This document shows, piece after piece, positions 17,759 to 27,213 of a DNA stretch of 38,342 nt. How positions within the stretch are numbered: the first letter of the stretch is position 1; the number at the start of each line of letters is the position of its first letter. The translations under genes and the position numbers were made by a program. Below the pieces are notes generated by a model that worked only from the letters and a program-made list of their open reading frames with translations, made no database searches and was not told where the DNA came from. The stretch comes from a virus (lineage: Duplodnaviria; Caudoviricetes): positions 1-38,342 of IMG/VR virus record IMGVR_UViG_3300029183_000012; one strand, written 5' to 3'.

Positions 17759-18682
17759 ATGGCCGGACAGGTTTGGCAAACTGATGCGCTGGGTGGTTAC
17801 ATGTGGGCACCCAACTTAAGCAGAAAACTCCGTACCGCACTTCAACCTATGGTTCGGTACAGACAATTCTGTGACGCAAGAGAAGCATTTGGTAAAGGTA
17901 AAGGCGAACAGTTCGCGTGGGATATCTACTCTGATGTAGCAGATCAGGGCGGGACTCTTAACGAAACTGATCAAATGCCTGAAACCAACTTCACGATCAC
18001 TCAACAGACGTTGGTTGTGACGGAGTATGGCAACAGCGTACCTTTCACTAAAAAATTGGACGATCTTTCTGAGCACCCTGTAACAGAAGTCATCCATAAG
18101 GTGTTAAAGAACGACGCTCGTAAAGCACTCGATGCATCGGCTAACGCGCAGTTTGAACTGACGCCGATTCGAGTCGTAGGTAACGCTGCGACGACGATTT
18201 CGGTGACAACTAACGGTACGCCTTCAGGGGCGCCCGCTGTTGAGTTCGGAAATGCGCACGCTAAGCTGGTTGCAGATGAAATGGCTGAGCGAGATATTCC
18301 GACTTTCGACGGAAACAATTACATGGCGATTGCACGTCCGACGACGCTCCGCGCGTTCAAAGACGATCTAGAAGCGATCCACCAGTACGTTTCGGAAGGT
18401 TGGCACGTCATCATGAATGGCGAAAAAGGTCGCTACGAAGGTATTCGCTATTGCGAACAGACCAACATCGCAGCGGAAGGCTGGACGAACTCAGACGCTA
18501 TCTTCTTTTTCGGAGCAGATACCGTTGTCGAGGCGTTCTCAATCCAAGAGGAAATACGCGGTAAGATTCCGACCGACTACGGTCGTTCGAGAGGTATTGC
18601 CTGGTATGCTCTACTCGGTTATGGCATTGTCCACACTGAGGCAGAACAAGCCCGTATCCTCAAGTGGGACTCAACCGAGTAA
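17759..18682 (+). CDS. Major capsid protein (N4-gp56-like, HK97 fold)
   Basis: Strong RBS AAAGGAGG. EYGNSVPFT, GEKGRYEGIRY and DYGRSRGIAWYALLGYG motifs. Confidence 0.9.
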   Translation: MAGQVWQTDALGGYMWAPNLSRKLRTALQPMVRYRQFCDAREAFGKGKGEQFAWDIYSDVADQGGTLNETDQMPETNFTITQQTLVVTEYGNSVPFTKKLDDLSEHPVTEVIHKVLKNDARKALDASANAQFELTPIRVVGNAATTISVTTNGTPSGAPAVEFGNAHAKLVADEMAERDIPTFDGNNYMAIARPTTLRAFKDDLEAIHQYVSEGWHVIMNGEKGRYEGIRYCEQTNIAAEGWTNSDAIFFFGADTVVEAFSIQEEIRGKIPTDYGRSRGIAWYALLGYGIVHTEAEQARILKWDSTE

Positions 18683-18692
18683 GGAGTAGATC

Positions 18693-19097
18693 ATGCCTGG
18701 AGGTAATTTTTATGACGGCGCCGATCGACGCGTTTATCGGTTCCCTGCTGCAGCCATTGATACCGCCGGAGTTTTTGGGCGATTCATTGGCCCACGTGGC
18801 AAAGTTGGTCGTGTTCGAGGAATCGAAGCGGTCAATACGGCTGCGGTAACGGTCGCTGCATCGTCAATTACGGTCGGTAACAACGGGGCTGTAGCTCCTG
18901 CGTCGCTGAGCATTCCTGTTTCTGCAATCAATGCTGGCACCAGCATGACGGCGGCTGAAGAAAAAGCAGCCGGCGCTAAAGAAGTTGCAGGAACGAACGA
19001 TGTGGAGCTTGAAGCTGATACGGTGGTAGAAGTGGAATCCGATGGCGGCGCAACCGCTGGCGATGCCGATATCACCGTAACGGTTGATTGGCTCTAA
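18693..19097 (+). CDS. Putative capsid decoration/cement protein
   Basis: AAGGAG RBS. Ala/Gly/Val-rich beta protein immediately after the capsid gene. Confidence 0.6.
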   Translation: MPGGNFYDGADRRVYRFPAAAIDTAGVFGRFIGPRGKVGRVRGIEAVNTAAVTVAASSITVGNNGAVAPASLSIPVSAINAGTSMTAAEEKAAGAKEVAGTNDVELEADTVVEVESDGGATAGDADITVTVDWL

Positions 19098-19107
19098 GGA
19101 GAGCGTA

Positions 19108-19368
19108 ATGTCTAGTGGTGATTACAAGGGTGATTATAACGCACCCAAACACAAGTCCAGCACAGTTCGCGGTGCGTACATGGGCGATGAAGACAGTGTA
19201 GGTGTAGAAGACGGTTTGTCTGCGCACGAAAAGTGTGACACCAACGATCTTCATAACGTCAAGTACAACGACGCCAAGAACTCGGTGAGCGGCAATCCTC
19301 GACAGGTTCCCAAACCTTACGAGAGTAAGTCGGTCAGCGAAAAAGGCCACTCGTTTGACATCTGTTAA
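19108..19368 (+). CDS. Small hydrophilic hypothetical protein
   Basis: AAGGAGAG then ATG at 19108. Ends just before the terminator. Confidence 0.6.
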   Translation: MSSGDYKGDYNAPKHKSSTVRGAYMGDEDSVGVEDGLSAHEKCDTNDLHNVKYNDAKNSVSGNPRQVPKPYESKSVSEKGHSFDIC

Positions 19369-19378
19369 ACAGTGAAAC

Positions 19379-19408
19379 ATTGCCCCGCTTTCGGGCGGGG
19401 CAATTTTT
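19379..19408 (+). terminator. Rho-independent terminator after the capsid genes
   Basis: ATTGCCCCGC-T-TTCG-G-GCGGGGCAAT hairpin followed by a T run. Confidence 0.8.
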
Positions 19409-19421
19409 AAGGAGACAGAAG

Positions 19422-19745
19422 ATGTCTGAAAAAGTTGAACTTCTCGCGCCGTTGGTCACGCCATATACCGATGAAATGTTAGGTACACCGGACAATATGA
19501 TCGATGACGATAACTGTTGCGGTGTTGAAGAACAGTTTTCCGAACAAGCCAGTTTGATGGAAGGCGTATCAGGACGCAAGTCAATCGATACGCTTTACGA
19601 CAACACCAGTCAAGATAAAGTGAACGCGCCTCGGAGCGCGCGTCGCGACGTCCCTGTAAAAGGGATGACGCCAAATCATGAAGGTGTGAACAACCCTGCA
19701 CCTGTTTCTACTAACGACTATGAATACCCACACAGGAGATATTGA
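19422..19745 (+). CDS. Hypothetical protein
   Basis: AAGGAG RBS before ATG 19422. The track start at 19380 lies inside the terminator. Confidence 0.6.
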   Translation: MSEKVELLAPLVTPYTDEMLGTPDNMIDDDNCCGVEEQFSEQASLMEGVSGRKSIDTLYDNTSQDKVNAPRSARRDVPVKGMTPNHEGVNNPAPVSTNDYEYPHRRY

Positions 19746-19748
19746 GCA

Positions 19749-20006
19749 ATGTCGGGCAAGAAAAAAGAAAAAGTTAAGATTGGTGAGGAAATTACGGCAG
19801 GAAAAGACGGCAAACAAACTCAGCGAAAAGACATTGAGATCGATCCGCCAAAGCCTGCTGAAAAAGCAGAAGTTGCACCGGCGATCGAACCTGAACAGAT
19901 CGTTACCGTCCGTGGTACATCAGTAGGCGGAACGCGTCAAATGGTTAAGTCTGAATATGATAAATGGCAAAAAGAACAGAACAAAACTTCCGACAACGAG
20001 AAATAA
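19749..20006 (+). CDS. Small Lys/Glu-rich hypothetical protein
   Basis: AGGAG upstream. Tightly packed in the operon. Confidence 0.6.
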   Translation: MSGKKKEKVKIGEEITAGKDGKQTQRKDIEIDPPKPAEKAEVAPAIEPEQIVTVRGTSVGGTRQMVKSEYDKWQKEQNKTSDNEK

Positions 20007-20015
20007 GAGGACGAC

Positions 20016-20357
20016 ATGAAAAAACTATCCGACGTAGTTTTTGATCACGATGCACCGTATGAAAAAGTTCGCGAATTGAATAAAGGTGTGAAGTACGTTC
20101 AGAACAAAGTAATTTTTAATTCCAGTTTTAAAGCTATAAAACTCACGAACGAGTATCTTGAAGAACAAGAATTCAGGGAATTCAAAAAAGAAAAAGCTAT
20201 TAAAGCTACAAAAAAAGCCGCAGCTAAAAAGAGACGAGCTGTTGCTAAAGATGCTGGCGATAAACTGAAAGGGTTTAAGAAATTCGACGCTCCCGATAAA
20301 GTACAAAACGCGTTGAATGAAAATGAACAAGCAAGACAAGCTGAGGAATTGGCATAG
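20016..20357 (+). CDS. Lys-rich hypothetical protein
   Basis: GAGG RBS. Its stop overlaps the GTG start of the next gene. Confidence 0.65.
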   Translation: MKKLSDVVFDHDAPYEKVRELNKGVKYVQNKVIFNSSFKAIKLTNEYLEEQEFREFKKEKAIKATKKAAAKKRRAVAKDAGDKLKGFKKFDAPDKVQNALNENEQARQAEELA

Positions 20358-21049
20358 TGAATTTTTTGGGGTTGGTTCAACAATTGCATACGGAGGTAGG
20401 CGCGGCAGGCAGCGCGCCTTCTGCCGTAACATCTCAAGTGGGTGAATCCGCACGTCTTGTCAATTGGGTCAAACGTGCAGATGAATTTATCCAATTGAAA
20501 TGGAATAACTGGAAATTTCTTCGAACTACATGGACTTCACTAAACACCACTACGGCAGGTGTAGCAACGTTGGCCAAGCCGACTGATCTTAAGTTTTGGG
20601 ATGCAAGCAACGAGTGTGCTGCTTTTTTCTACACTCGACCGGGAGAAACCGACAAAAACCCCATTCATGTAATTGAATACGATTCAATCAAAAATCAAAT
20701 TTTAGACACGACTCAAGGAGAAATTTCACGAGTCATTATAATGCCGGATAACTCGCTTATGTTTGAGCCTGTGCCGGACGCTATCTACACGTTAAGTGCG
20801 GACTACTACAGAAAGCCTACCTTACTGGCGGCGGACGGGGATGAAAGCGACATTCCCGACGAATTTCATCAAATTATCATAGGCCGAGCCATGATCTTGT
20901 ATGGAAATTTCGAAAACGCCCCAGAAATGAAAGATCAAGGCGAAGAAATTTACATCGAGCAACTGGCTCTTTTAGAGAATGATCAGTTGCCGAATCAATT
21001 CAATTCACGTTACCGAACCGGCGGCTTTTTTCAAGTTATGTCGGAGTAG
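20357..21049 (+). CDS. Head-tail adaptor / tail tubular protein A
   Basis: MNFLGLVQQL..W.FLR..FEPVPDAIYTLSADYY..IPDEFHQIII pattern typical of podophage adaptors. Precedes the nozzle gene. Confidence 0.75.
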   Translation: MNFLGLVQQLHTEVGAAGSAPSAVTSQVGESARLVNWVKRADEFIQLKWNNWKFLRTTWTSLNTTTAGVATLAKPTDLKFWDASNECAAFFYTRPGETDKNPIHVIEYDSIKNQILDTTQGEISRVIIMPDNSLMFEPVPDAIYTLSADYYRKPTLLAADGDESDIPDEFHQIIIGRAMILYGNFENAPEMKDQGEEIYIEQLALLENDQLPNQFNSRYRTGGFFQVMSE

Positions 21050-21052
21050 GTA

Positions 21053-23236
21053 ATGCCGAGGCGTAGAAACCGTACGCGCACAAAATATTTTGCTATTGAG
21101 GGCGGGCTGGACGTCGTATCTCCAGCCGTCACGATAAAGCCTGGTCGTGCGTTGGCGATGCAAAACTTCGAACCTTGGTTCGAAGGAGGTTATCGCCGTA
21201 TTCCCGGTTACGAACGGTTCGACGGCCGGCCCAAACCTTCTGACGCCACGTTCATCGGATTCAATGTTGACGACGTTACCGGTTTGACTATTGGTGACAC
21301 GATTACTGGTGATACGTCAGGCGCTACTGGCACACTTATTGGTATTTGGGACGATGACGGCACGTACAGTGCTGACGCGATAGGAGTCACTAAAGTTATC
21401 GGCACATTTCAAATCGGAGAAACTTGCAATACGTCTGATTTTACAATTACGTCGAACCCTCTAACTCGATATGCGCCTAGTGTTGATCTTGAAGCAACGT
21501 TTCTCTTAGAAGCTGAAGATGAATATCGAACAGATATCGATCAAGTTCCCGGTACTTCAGTTTCACCTACGGTTTTTGCTTGGCGATTACGAGATAAAGT
21601 TTATGCGCTTAGAAGTGATGGATCAGACAACGTTCTTTATGTTGCATCAACATCGGGATGGACTACGACAGGCATTACGTTAGCTCATACAATACGTTTC
21701 GAAAATGGCGTAGCTGCTGGCGCAACTGTTCAAGAAGGTGACACACTTACAGGCGCAACAAGTGGCGCTACTGGCACGATTCACAGAATTGTACTACACG
21801 ACGGTGCTTGGGATGGATCAGGTGTAGGTTATTTCGTTTTAACGAACATCGTAGGTACGTTTACTAACGCAGAAACTTTAGAATCGCCCGCAGCTACGAC
21901 AATTGCCGATGCTATATCAACAACAGGTGACGTAGCTAAAGAATTTTCATTTAGCGCTGGCGTGTATCGATTCGTCAATCATAACTTTTTTGGCGGGGCA
22001 GATACGTATCGAGCGTACGGATGTTGTGGTTCTGGGGATGCGTTTGAAATAGATGAAAATGGCATAGTGTCACCTATTCATATGTTTAATGGTGGATCAA
22101 TTTCCGGTTCTCCATTTCTTATAGAAGTACACCGTAATCATTTGTTCTTGGCGTTTCCTGGCGGGTCTATTCAACATTCAATTCCGGGCGAGCCGTTAGT
22201 GTTTAGTGGATTTCTTGGTGCCGGTGAGTTCGGACTAGGCGATGATGTAACTTCACTTAACAGCATGGCAGGCGACGCATTAGTCGCAACTACGTCTAAC
22301 AGAACATTTGCGTTTTTCGGTAACGATGTCTCTGACTGGATATTGAAAACTATTTCCGAACGTTCAGGAGCAACACTGCAAGGAGCACAAAAACTTGACA
22401 CGGTGTATTCGCTTGATGATTTAGGTATTACGTCAGTAGCACGTACTGATCAATTTGGTGATTTTGTATCGGCATCCATGTCAAAACAAATTCAACCGCT
22501 TATTGCTAACAAACGCATTTCATACGCTACGGAAGAAGCAAGTCCTGGGTTTTTTGTAAGAACGTCAGAATTTAACGACTCAACTGTTGTCAGAAGATCC
22601 AATCAGTTTCGAATCTATTTTGACGAAGGCGAATGTATTGTCATGTTTGTACCCGTTGGTACGCAAACAGAAACAAGACAATCTAGAAGCAGATCGCAAC
22701 AATCGGAATTTGGTTTTCTTCGATATCCAATTCCTGTCAAAAATATTTATAACACTCAAGATGAAACAGGTTTTGAACGAACCTATTTCGTAACTTCGGA
22801 TTCTTCTAATCATGGATTTGTGTTTGAAGACCAAATCGGAAGAAATTTTGACGGCAATGCAATAGAAGCGTTTGTCCGTCTCGTGTTTAATCATTTAGGT
22901 TCACCCGGGTATAGAAAGAAATTTCGGCGTGTTGATTTTGAAATCCAAACAGCGCGGGCACTCAGTATTCAAGTTGTTTCAGACATTACTTACGGTTCGC
23001 CAAACGACCCCGTCAGTACGTTTACTATGAGCAGTGCAGGCAGTTCTAGTTTTTGGGATGACAATCAGTGGGATGAATTGATCTTTGAAGAACAATCTAT
23101 TTCTACCGGGCGAGCAGAATTGCGCGGTACCGGCGAGAATATAAGTTTTTTACTTTTTAACGACACGGCAAAAGCCGAACCTTGGATACTCCAAGGTGCA
23201 ATAGTGCATTTCGATTTGCGTCGACTGCAACGATAA
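21053..23236 (+). CDS. Tail nozzle / tubular protein B (P22 gp10/T7 gp12-like)
   Basis: GGLDVVSP..NFEP..GGYRRIPGY N-terminus. HRNHLFLA..IQHS beta-propeller blades. KKFRRVDFE C-terminal domain. Confidence 0.8.
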   Translation: MPRRRNRTRTKYFAIEGGLDVVSPAVTIKPGRALAMQNFEPWFEGGYRRIPGYERFDGRPKPSDATFIGFNVDDVTGLTIGDTITGDTSGATGTLIGIWDDDGTYSADAIGVTKVIGTFQIGETCNTSDFTITSNPLTRYAPSVDLEATFLLEAEDEYRTDIDQVPGTSVSPTVFAWRLRDKVYALRSDGSDNVLYVASTSGWTTTGITLAHTIRFENGVAAGATVQEGDTLTGATSGATGTIHRIVLHDGAWDGSGVGYFVLTNIVGTFTNAETLESPAATTIADAISTTGDVAKEFSFSAGVYRFVNHNFFGGADTYRAYGCCGSGDAFEIDENGIVSPIHMFNGGSISGSPFLIEVHRNHLFLAFPGGSIQHSIPGEPLVFSGFLGAGEFGLGDDVTSLNSMAGDALVATTSNRTFAFFGNDVSDWILKTISERSGATLQGAQKLDTVYSLDDLGITSVARTDQFGDFVSASMSKQIQPLIANKRISYATEEASPGFFVRTSEFNDSTVVRRSNQFRIYFDEGECIVMFVPVGTQTETRQSRSRSQQSEFGFLRYPIPVKNIYNTQDETGFERTYFVTSDSSNHGFVFEDQIGRNFDGNAIEAFVRLVFNHLGSPGYRKKFRRVDFEIQTARALSIQVVSDITYGSPNDPVSTFTMSSAGSSSFWDDNQWDELIFEEQSISTGRAELRGTGENISFLLFNDTAKAEPWILQGAIVHFDLRRLQR

Positions 23237-23250
23237 CGGATGAGCTAGCT

Positions 23251-24351
23251 ATGGCATTACTTTCTCAAGCACAAAGTCAGCTTTCGGGTGCAGATTCGTT
23301 GAATAATACGAATATATCTTATTCACCGACAACGTCTACAGGTGTGACTGTAGCTCAACCTGAAGCGCCTACTGTCCCTGAACTCTACCCTACGGCGCCT
23401 GTAGCAGAAGGACCGGACGTATCGAACATCGGAATCGATGTCACTGAAACTGATAAATCGGTTACGGAGATAGACACGTCAGGCTCTACAGCAACAGCCG
23501 AAACCGAAGCATTGCAAGATACCGCTTTGGCAGATGAAGAACTGGCACGCATCACAGCCAAAGACAGTCCGTTGCTTCAACGTGCTCGTGCCGACGCTAC
23601 GCGTTATGCTAATCGCAGAGGCTTGCAAAATTCATCGATTGCCGCTGGTGCGGCTGAAGGCGCTGTAGTCGATCGAGCGTTGCCTATGGCACTGCAGAAC
23701 GCGCAGCAAGCTAACCAAATGAAACAACTTGAAGCGCAACTTGGTACGCAAGTCAACATGTTTAACGCAGACCAACTTGCTGAAGCGTCTAAGTTGACTG
23801 CGCAAATGAATACAGCGCTGGCGCAGCAAGACGCGAACGCCTATAACCAAGCCGCGACTCGGATGGCTGAAATAAAGTTCACAGCTGAACAACAGCGTGC
23901 ATCGGAACAGCAACAATATAACAGCCAAGTCATAGACGCAGTTTCGAAAATTAACGAACAATATCTGCGCGGCACACAGGCGATTGATTTGGCAACGATT
24001 CAAGGAACGTATCAGCAAATCATTTCGACTAACCAAACGGCTGGCAATGTCTACCAATCCTATTTGAATGGCATTGCTTCGGTTATGGACAATCCCGAAA
24101 TGACGCCGGCACAAGTAGCTTCTGCGGTGAGTAATATGCAACGAGCATTGGACGGATCGTTACGTTTGATTTCGGAAATGAACAACATGGATTTTGGAGA
24201 TGAGCTTGGCGGGTCAGGGCCGCGCAATACGAATCCAGGCAACGTACCTGGAAGAAATCCAACAAGACCACCAAACGGGGGTCGTGACGGCATAGGTATC
24301 ACTCCAAATTATAATCCCGATAATCCGGATGGCATAGAGGATTATCGATGA
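23251..24351 (+). CDS. Putative internal virion/ejection protein
   Basis: Gln/Ala-rich helical protein with the NRRGLQNSSIAAGA motif seen in podophage internal proteins. ATG 23251 is preferred as the start. Confidence 0.65.
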   Translation: MALLSQAQSQLSGADSLNNTNISYSPTTSTGVTVAQPEAPTVPELYPTAPVAEGPDVSNIGIDVTETDKSVTEIDTSGSTATAETEALQDTALADEELARITAKDSPLLQRARADATRYANRRGLQNSSIAAGAAEGAVVDRALPMALQNAQQANQMKQLEAQLGTQVNMFNADQLAEASKLTAQMNTALAQQDANAYNQAATRMAEIKFTAEQQRASEQQQYNSQVIDAVSKINEQYLRGTQAIDLATIQGTYQQIISTNQTAGNVYQSYLNGIASVMDNPEMTPAQVASAVSNMQRALDGSLRLISEMNNMDFGDELGGSGPRNTNPGNVPGRNPTRPPNGGRDGIGITPNYNPDNPDGIEDYR

Positions 24352-24785
24352 TACGTCCGGCTACACTCGCAGATGTAATGATGCTTTGTCAGATTGCAGA
24401 GAAGGAAGCACGCACCTACTATCCTCGCATGAAAAGTGATAAATCGAAAATTAAAAAAGTGCTAACTGAACTTGTCAGCAGTGCTCGACATTTTTGCTGG
24501 GTGAGTTGCGGCGAATCTGGAGTACCTTCGGGCGTGTTGGCCGCAATTACAAATGAAAACGTATGGGCGCAAAGACAATCAAGTAATGTGCTGCTTTGGA
24601 CGGCATCTGTTCCGGGTGACGGCATAAGATTATTGGAAGAATTCAGAACATGGATCACATCCAGACGTGCAGTAAAAGTGGCAGGATTTGCAGTAGACAA
24701 TGACATTGTTGATTCGAGAGTATGGCAACTCGCGTCAATGTTAGGTTTTAAACGATACGGCGGTTCGTATCTTCTCTATAACTAG
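24348..24785 (+). CDS. GNAT-fold acetyltransferase-like virion assembly protein
   Basis: MIRPATLADV start, GDGIRLL, and LGFKRYG end. Position comparable to P22 gp14/T7 gp13. Confidence 0.7.
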   Translation: MIRPATLADVMMLCQIAEKEARTYYPRMKSDKSKIKKVLTELVSSARHFCWVSCGESGVPSGVLAAITNENVWAQRQSSNVLLWTASVPGDGIRLLEEFRTWITSRRAVKVAGFAVDNDIVDSRVWQLASMLGFKRYGGSYLLYN

Positions 24786-24794
24786 GTAATCGTC

Positions 24795-25679
24795 ATGGGA
24801 CTTTTAAGCTCAATCGGCAAAGTGTTTAAAAAAGTTTGGAAAGGCATCACTAAGGTATTTTCCAAAGTAACTGAAGCCGTAGGTAAATTATTTAGCAGTA
24901 AAATCGGCAAGGCTTTGATGCTGGCTGTGACAGTGTTTAGTGGCGGTGCAGCGTTACTAGCTGGTGGCAAAGGGTTCATGGCCGGTAGTGGCGGTTTTAT
25001 TTCTAAATTTTTGAATGGTGGCAAAGCCTTTCTGAATTCATTGATCGGTACCAAGTTCAATGTCGAAGGTGCAGGCGGTATGGGTGCAGCAACGGGTGGC
25101 GCGACCGAAGCGGTGGCTGACTCTGCTTCAGCAATCGCTGAAGATCAAGCGCTCAATGTGGCCGAGATCATGGAAAAAGGCGGCGACGCTTTGGGTGGTA
25201 CGGAACAAGTCATGGGGTTAGCGGATGGCGGTACAGCCGGCATCGGCGAAGCAGCGTTACCGATGGGTGGCGCTAAAACGACTTCCGGTACCGGTTCATT
25301 GGCAAATGCTCAAAACGTACTGAATACGGGCAGTTTGCAAACAAAGGCGGGAAGCATACCACTCGGACAAGCGGCTGAAGAAAGTTGGTTAACGAAAGCT
25401 GCTAAAGCGGCGAAGAATTTTGCTACGTCGGACTTAGGCAAAAACATCATTGGCAACGCAATGCAAGGGTACTCTCAAGGCCAGCAAATTCAGGCACAGC
25501 TTGATCACGATCGACGCTACGACAAGATGTGGAGCAATCCCAACAATCCAGGGATGCAAGCTTTGGAGCGGTTTGATCACGGCGTCAATGTCGAACGAGG
25601 CCTAGCTGGCAAGCCTGGACGATTCGCATTAAGCCAAGCACGACAAGCCGGTTTGTTGACACCAACAGTAACGTTTTAA
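24795..25679 (+). CDS. Ejection/pilot protein with amphipathic and hydrophobic N-terminus
   Basis: MGLLSSIGKVFKKVWKGITKVF followed by a hydrophobic Gly/Ala-rich segment. Follows the GNAT gene, as P22 gp7 does. Confidence 0.65.
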   Translation: MGLLSSIGKVFKKVWKGITKVFSKVTEAVGKLFSSKIGKALMLAVTVFSGGAALLAGGKGFMAGSGGFISKFLNGGKAFLNSLIGTKFNVEGAGGMGAATGGATEAVADSASAIAEDQALNVAEIMEKGGDALGGTEQVMGLADGGTAGIGEAALPMGGAKTTSGTGSLANAQNVLNTGSLQTKAGSIPLGQAAEESWLTKAAKAAKNFATSDLGKNIIGNAMQGYSQGQQIQAQLDHDRRYDKMWSNPNNPGMQALERFDHGVNVERGLAGKPGRFALSQARQAGLLTPTVTF

Positions 25680-25691
25680 CAGGGGACGATT

Positions 25692-26330
25692 GTGGGGATT
25701 TTAGATCAAGCAGCCGGCCAAGCTGGCATGCCAGTACCGACAGCCGCTCCGACGCCCGCACCTGCGCAACCTATGTCCGCGGGTCAGCCTGCGAGTCAGT
25801 CCTCAGCACCGCCTCAGCCAATGAGTACGGCTGAGCAAGTTGGAATGGGTTCGAACAGTGGTGGCAAAGCATCGGAAGGTATGGCACCAAATATCAAGGA
25901 AGAACAAGCAACGCCGGAAGAACAAGCCGAGTACGAACGTGCGATGTTGGCGTTGACTAAAGTGCTTTACGCTAACGAACAAACGTCGAAAGCGATTGTT
26001 GATCAAATCAATCCAGAAGATAAAGTCGATACAACTTCAAAAGCTGCGATGTTGGTTATCAATCAGCTTGATCAAAAAGTCGATCTCGATGAAATCGTTG
26101 TGGCACAGATTACGCAAGAAAGCGTGGCACGTATTATCGAGTTGGCTGAAACACGCTATAACACGGAGTACGACGATCGGGAACAGCAAGCTATTCTCGG
26201 CACAGTTTGGGAAGGTGTGCAAACGATGTTCGGTGTAGAACCTGAAGATACTCAGCAAGCTGCAGCAACGGTAGGCGCCGACAATATGGGCGCCCTAAAA
26301 CAGACGTACGAGGCCGCACTCAATGGGTAG
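25692..26330 (+). CDS. Hypothetical virion-region protein with Pro/Ala/Gln-rich N-terminus
   Basis: AGGGG RBS and GTG start. Helical acidic C-terminal half. Confidence 0.65.
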   Translation: MGILDQAAGQAGMPVPTAAPTPAPAQPMSAGQPASQSSAPPQPMSTAEQVGMGSNSGGKASEGMAPNIKEEQATPEEQAEYERAMLALTKVLYANEQTSKAIVDQINPEDKVDTTSKAAMLVINQLDQKVDLDEIVVAQITQESVARIIELAETRYNTEYDDREQQAILGTVWEGVQTMFGVEPEDTQQAAATVGADNMGALKQTYEAALNG

Positions 26331-27213
26331 TCTATCTTTAGCAACAACGATCGGTGGCGCTGGCAGAGGTATCACCGATACGGTCAAAATGCAGAACGAA
26401 AACAAACAGCGCGATCTCGATCGAGAACATCGCGAGCGTCTTCGTCAAATGGCTGATGAAGCTGCGATGGAGCGTACTAATCGTACGGGGGAGATTCAAG
26501 GTGCGTTGTACGGAGCTGAACGTGCTGATCAATTAGCTGATCGTGAAGATGAAAGAGAGTACAACTTACAAGTAGCCGCAACTTCTCGTGCTGCAGAAAT
26601 TGCTGATCGCGAAGATGAACAAGCGCACGAGTTAAGTGTTGAAGATAGAAAAGGTGAAAATCAATACAACTTAAAACTTATGGATATGTACGACAAATAT
26701 ACGAAAACGAATTCTCGTACAACAAAAGACGGTAAGTGGGAGATGAAAGTTCTCACTAAAACAGAGATGGGTGCGAACGGACTACCTATTGAAGTTGATA
26801 CATTCGTTGTTCGTCAACCGGGCACACCTTTTTCATTAGAACAACACGGGCTGTATATGTTGCCGCACAACTATTCACCTGAAGAAATGGAAGCGACGCT
26901 AACAAAGGCCAATAACATGGACAATGTCGGTCAATCGGACATGTCAGCGCTACTTGATAGAGCAGGTACGGAGGAGGACGTATCGTCTGAGTTTCTTAAA
27001 GTGTATGGGTTTTTGCCTATGGATTACTTTCGAAAAGTAAGTGACGGGGCTACAAAGAAGACGTTTTCTGAATTTAAAAAATCAATTGAAAATTCTGAAC
27101 CTGAACAAAAATCCGGTACATTGACGCAAGCTCGATCAACATTGATGAACGCCCGACCTGTACCGGTAAGTATGCAGCCGGAATCACTGCAACCCGCGTC
27201 TATTGGCCCGTAA
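26323..27213 (+). CDS. Putative ejection protein (coiled coil)
   Basis: GGAGRG N-terminus and a charged helical region with a duplicated ADREDE. Coupled to both neighbours. Confidence 0.65.
   Translation: MGSLSLATTIGGAGRGITDTVKMQNENKQRDLDREHRERLRQMADEAAMERTNRTGEIQGALYGAERADQLADREDEREYNLQVAATSRAAEIADREDEQAHELSVEDRKGENQYNLKLMDMYDKYTKTNSRTTKDGKWEMKVLTKTEMGANGLPIEVDTFVVRQPGTPFSLEQHGLYMLPHNYSPEEMEATLTKANNMDNVGQSDMSALLDRAGTEEDVSSEFLKVYGFLPMDYFRKVSDGATKKTFSEFKKSIENSEPEQKSGTLTQARSTLMNARPVPVSMQPESLQPASIGP

Noticed and set aside
13799-18682. Assignment to N4-like Schitoviridae from portal and capsid similarity
   Set aside because: No giant virion RNA polymerase is visible, the TerS is Sf6-like and the tail/ejection layout is P22-like. 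Capsid family alone is insufficient.
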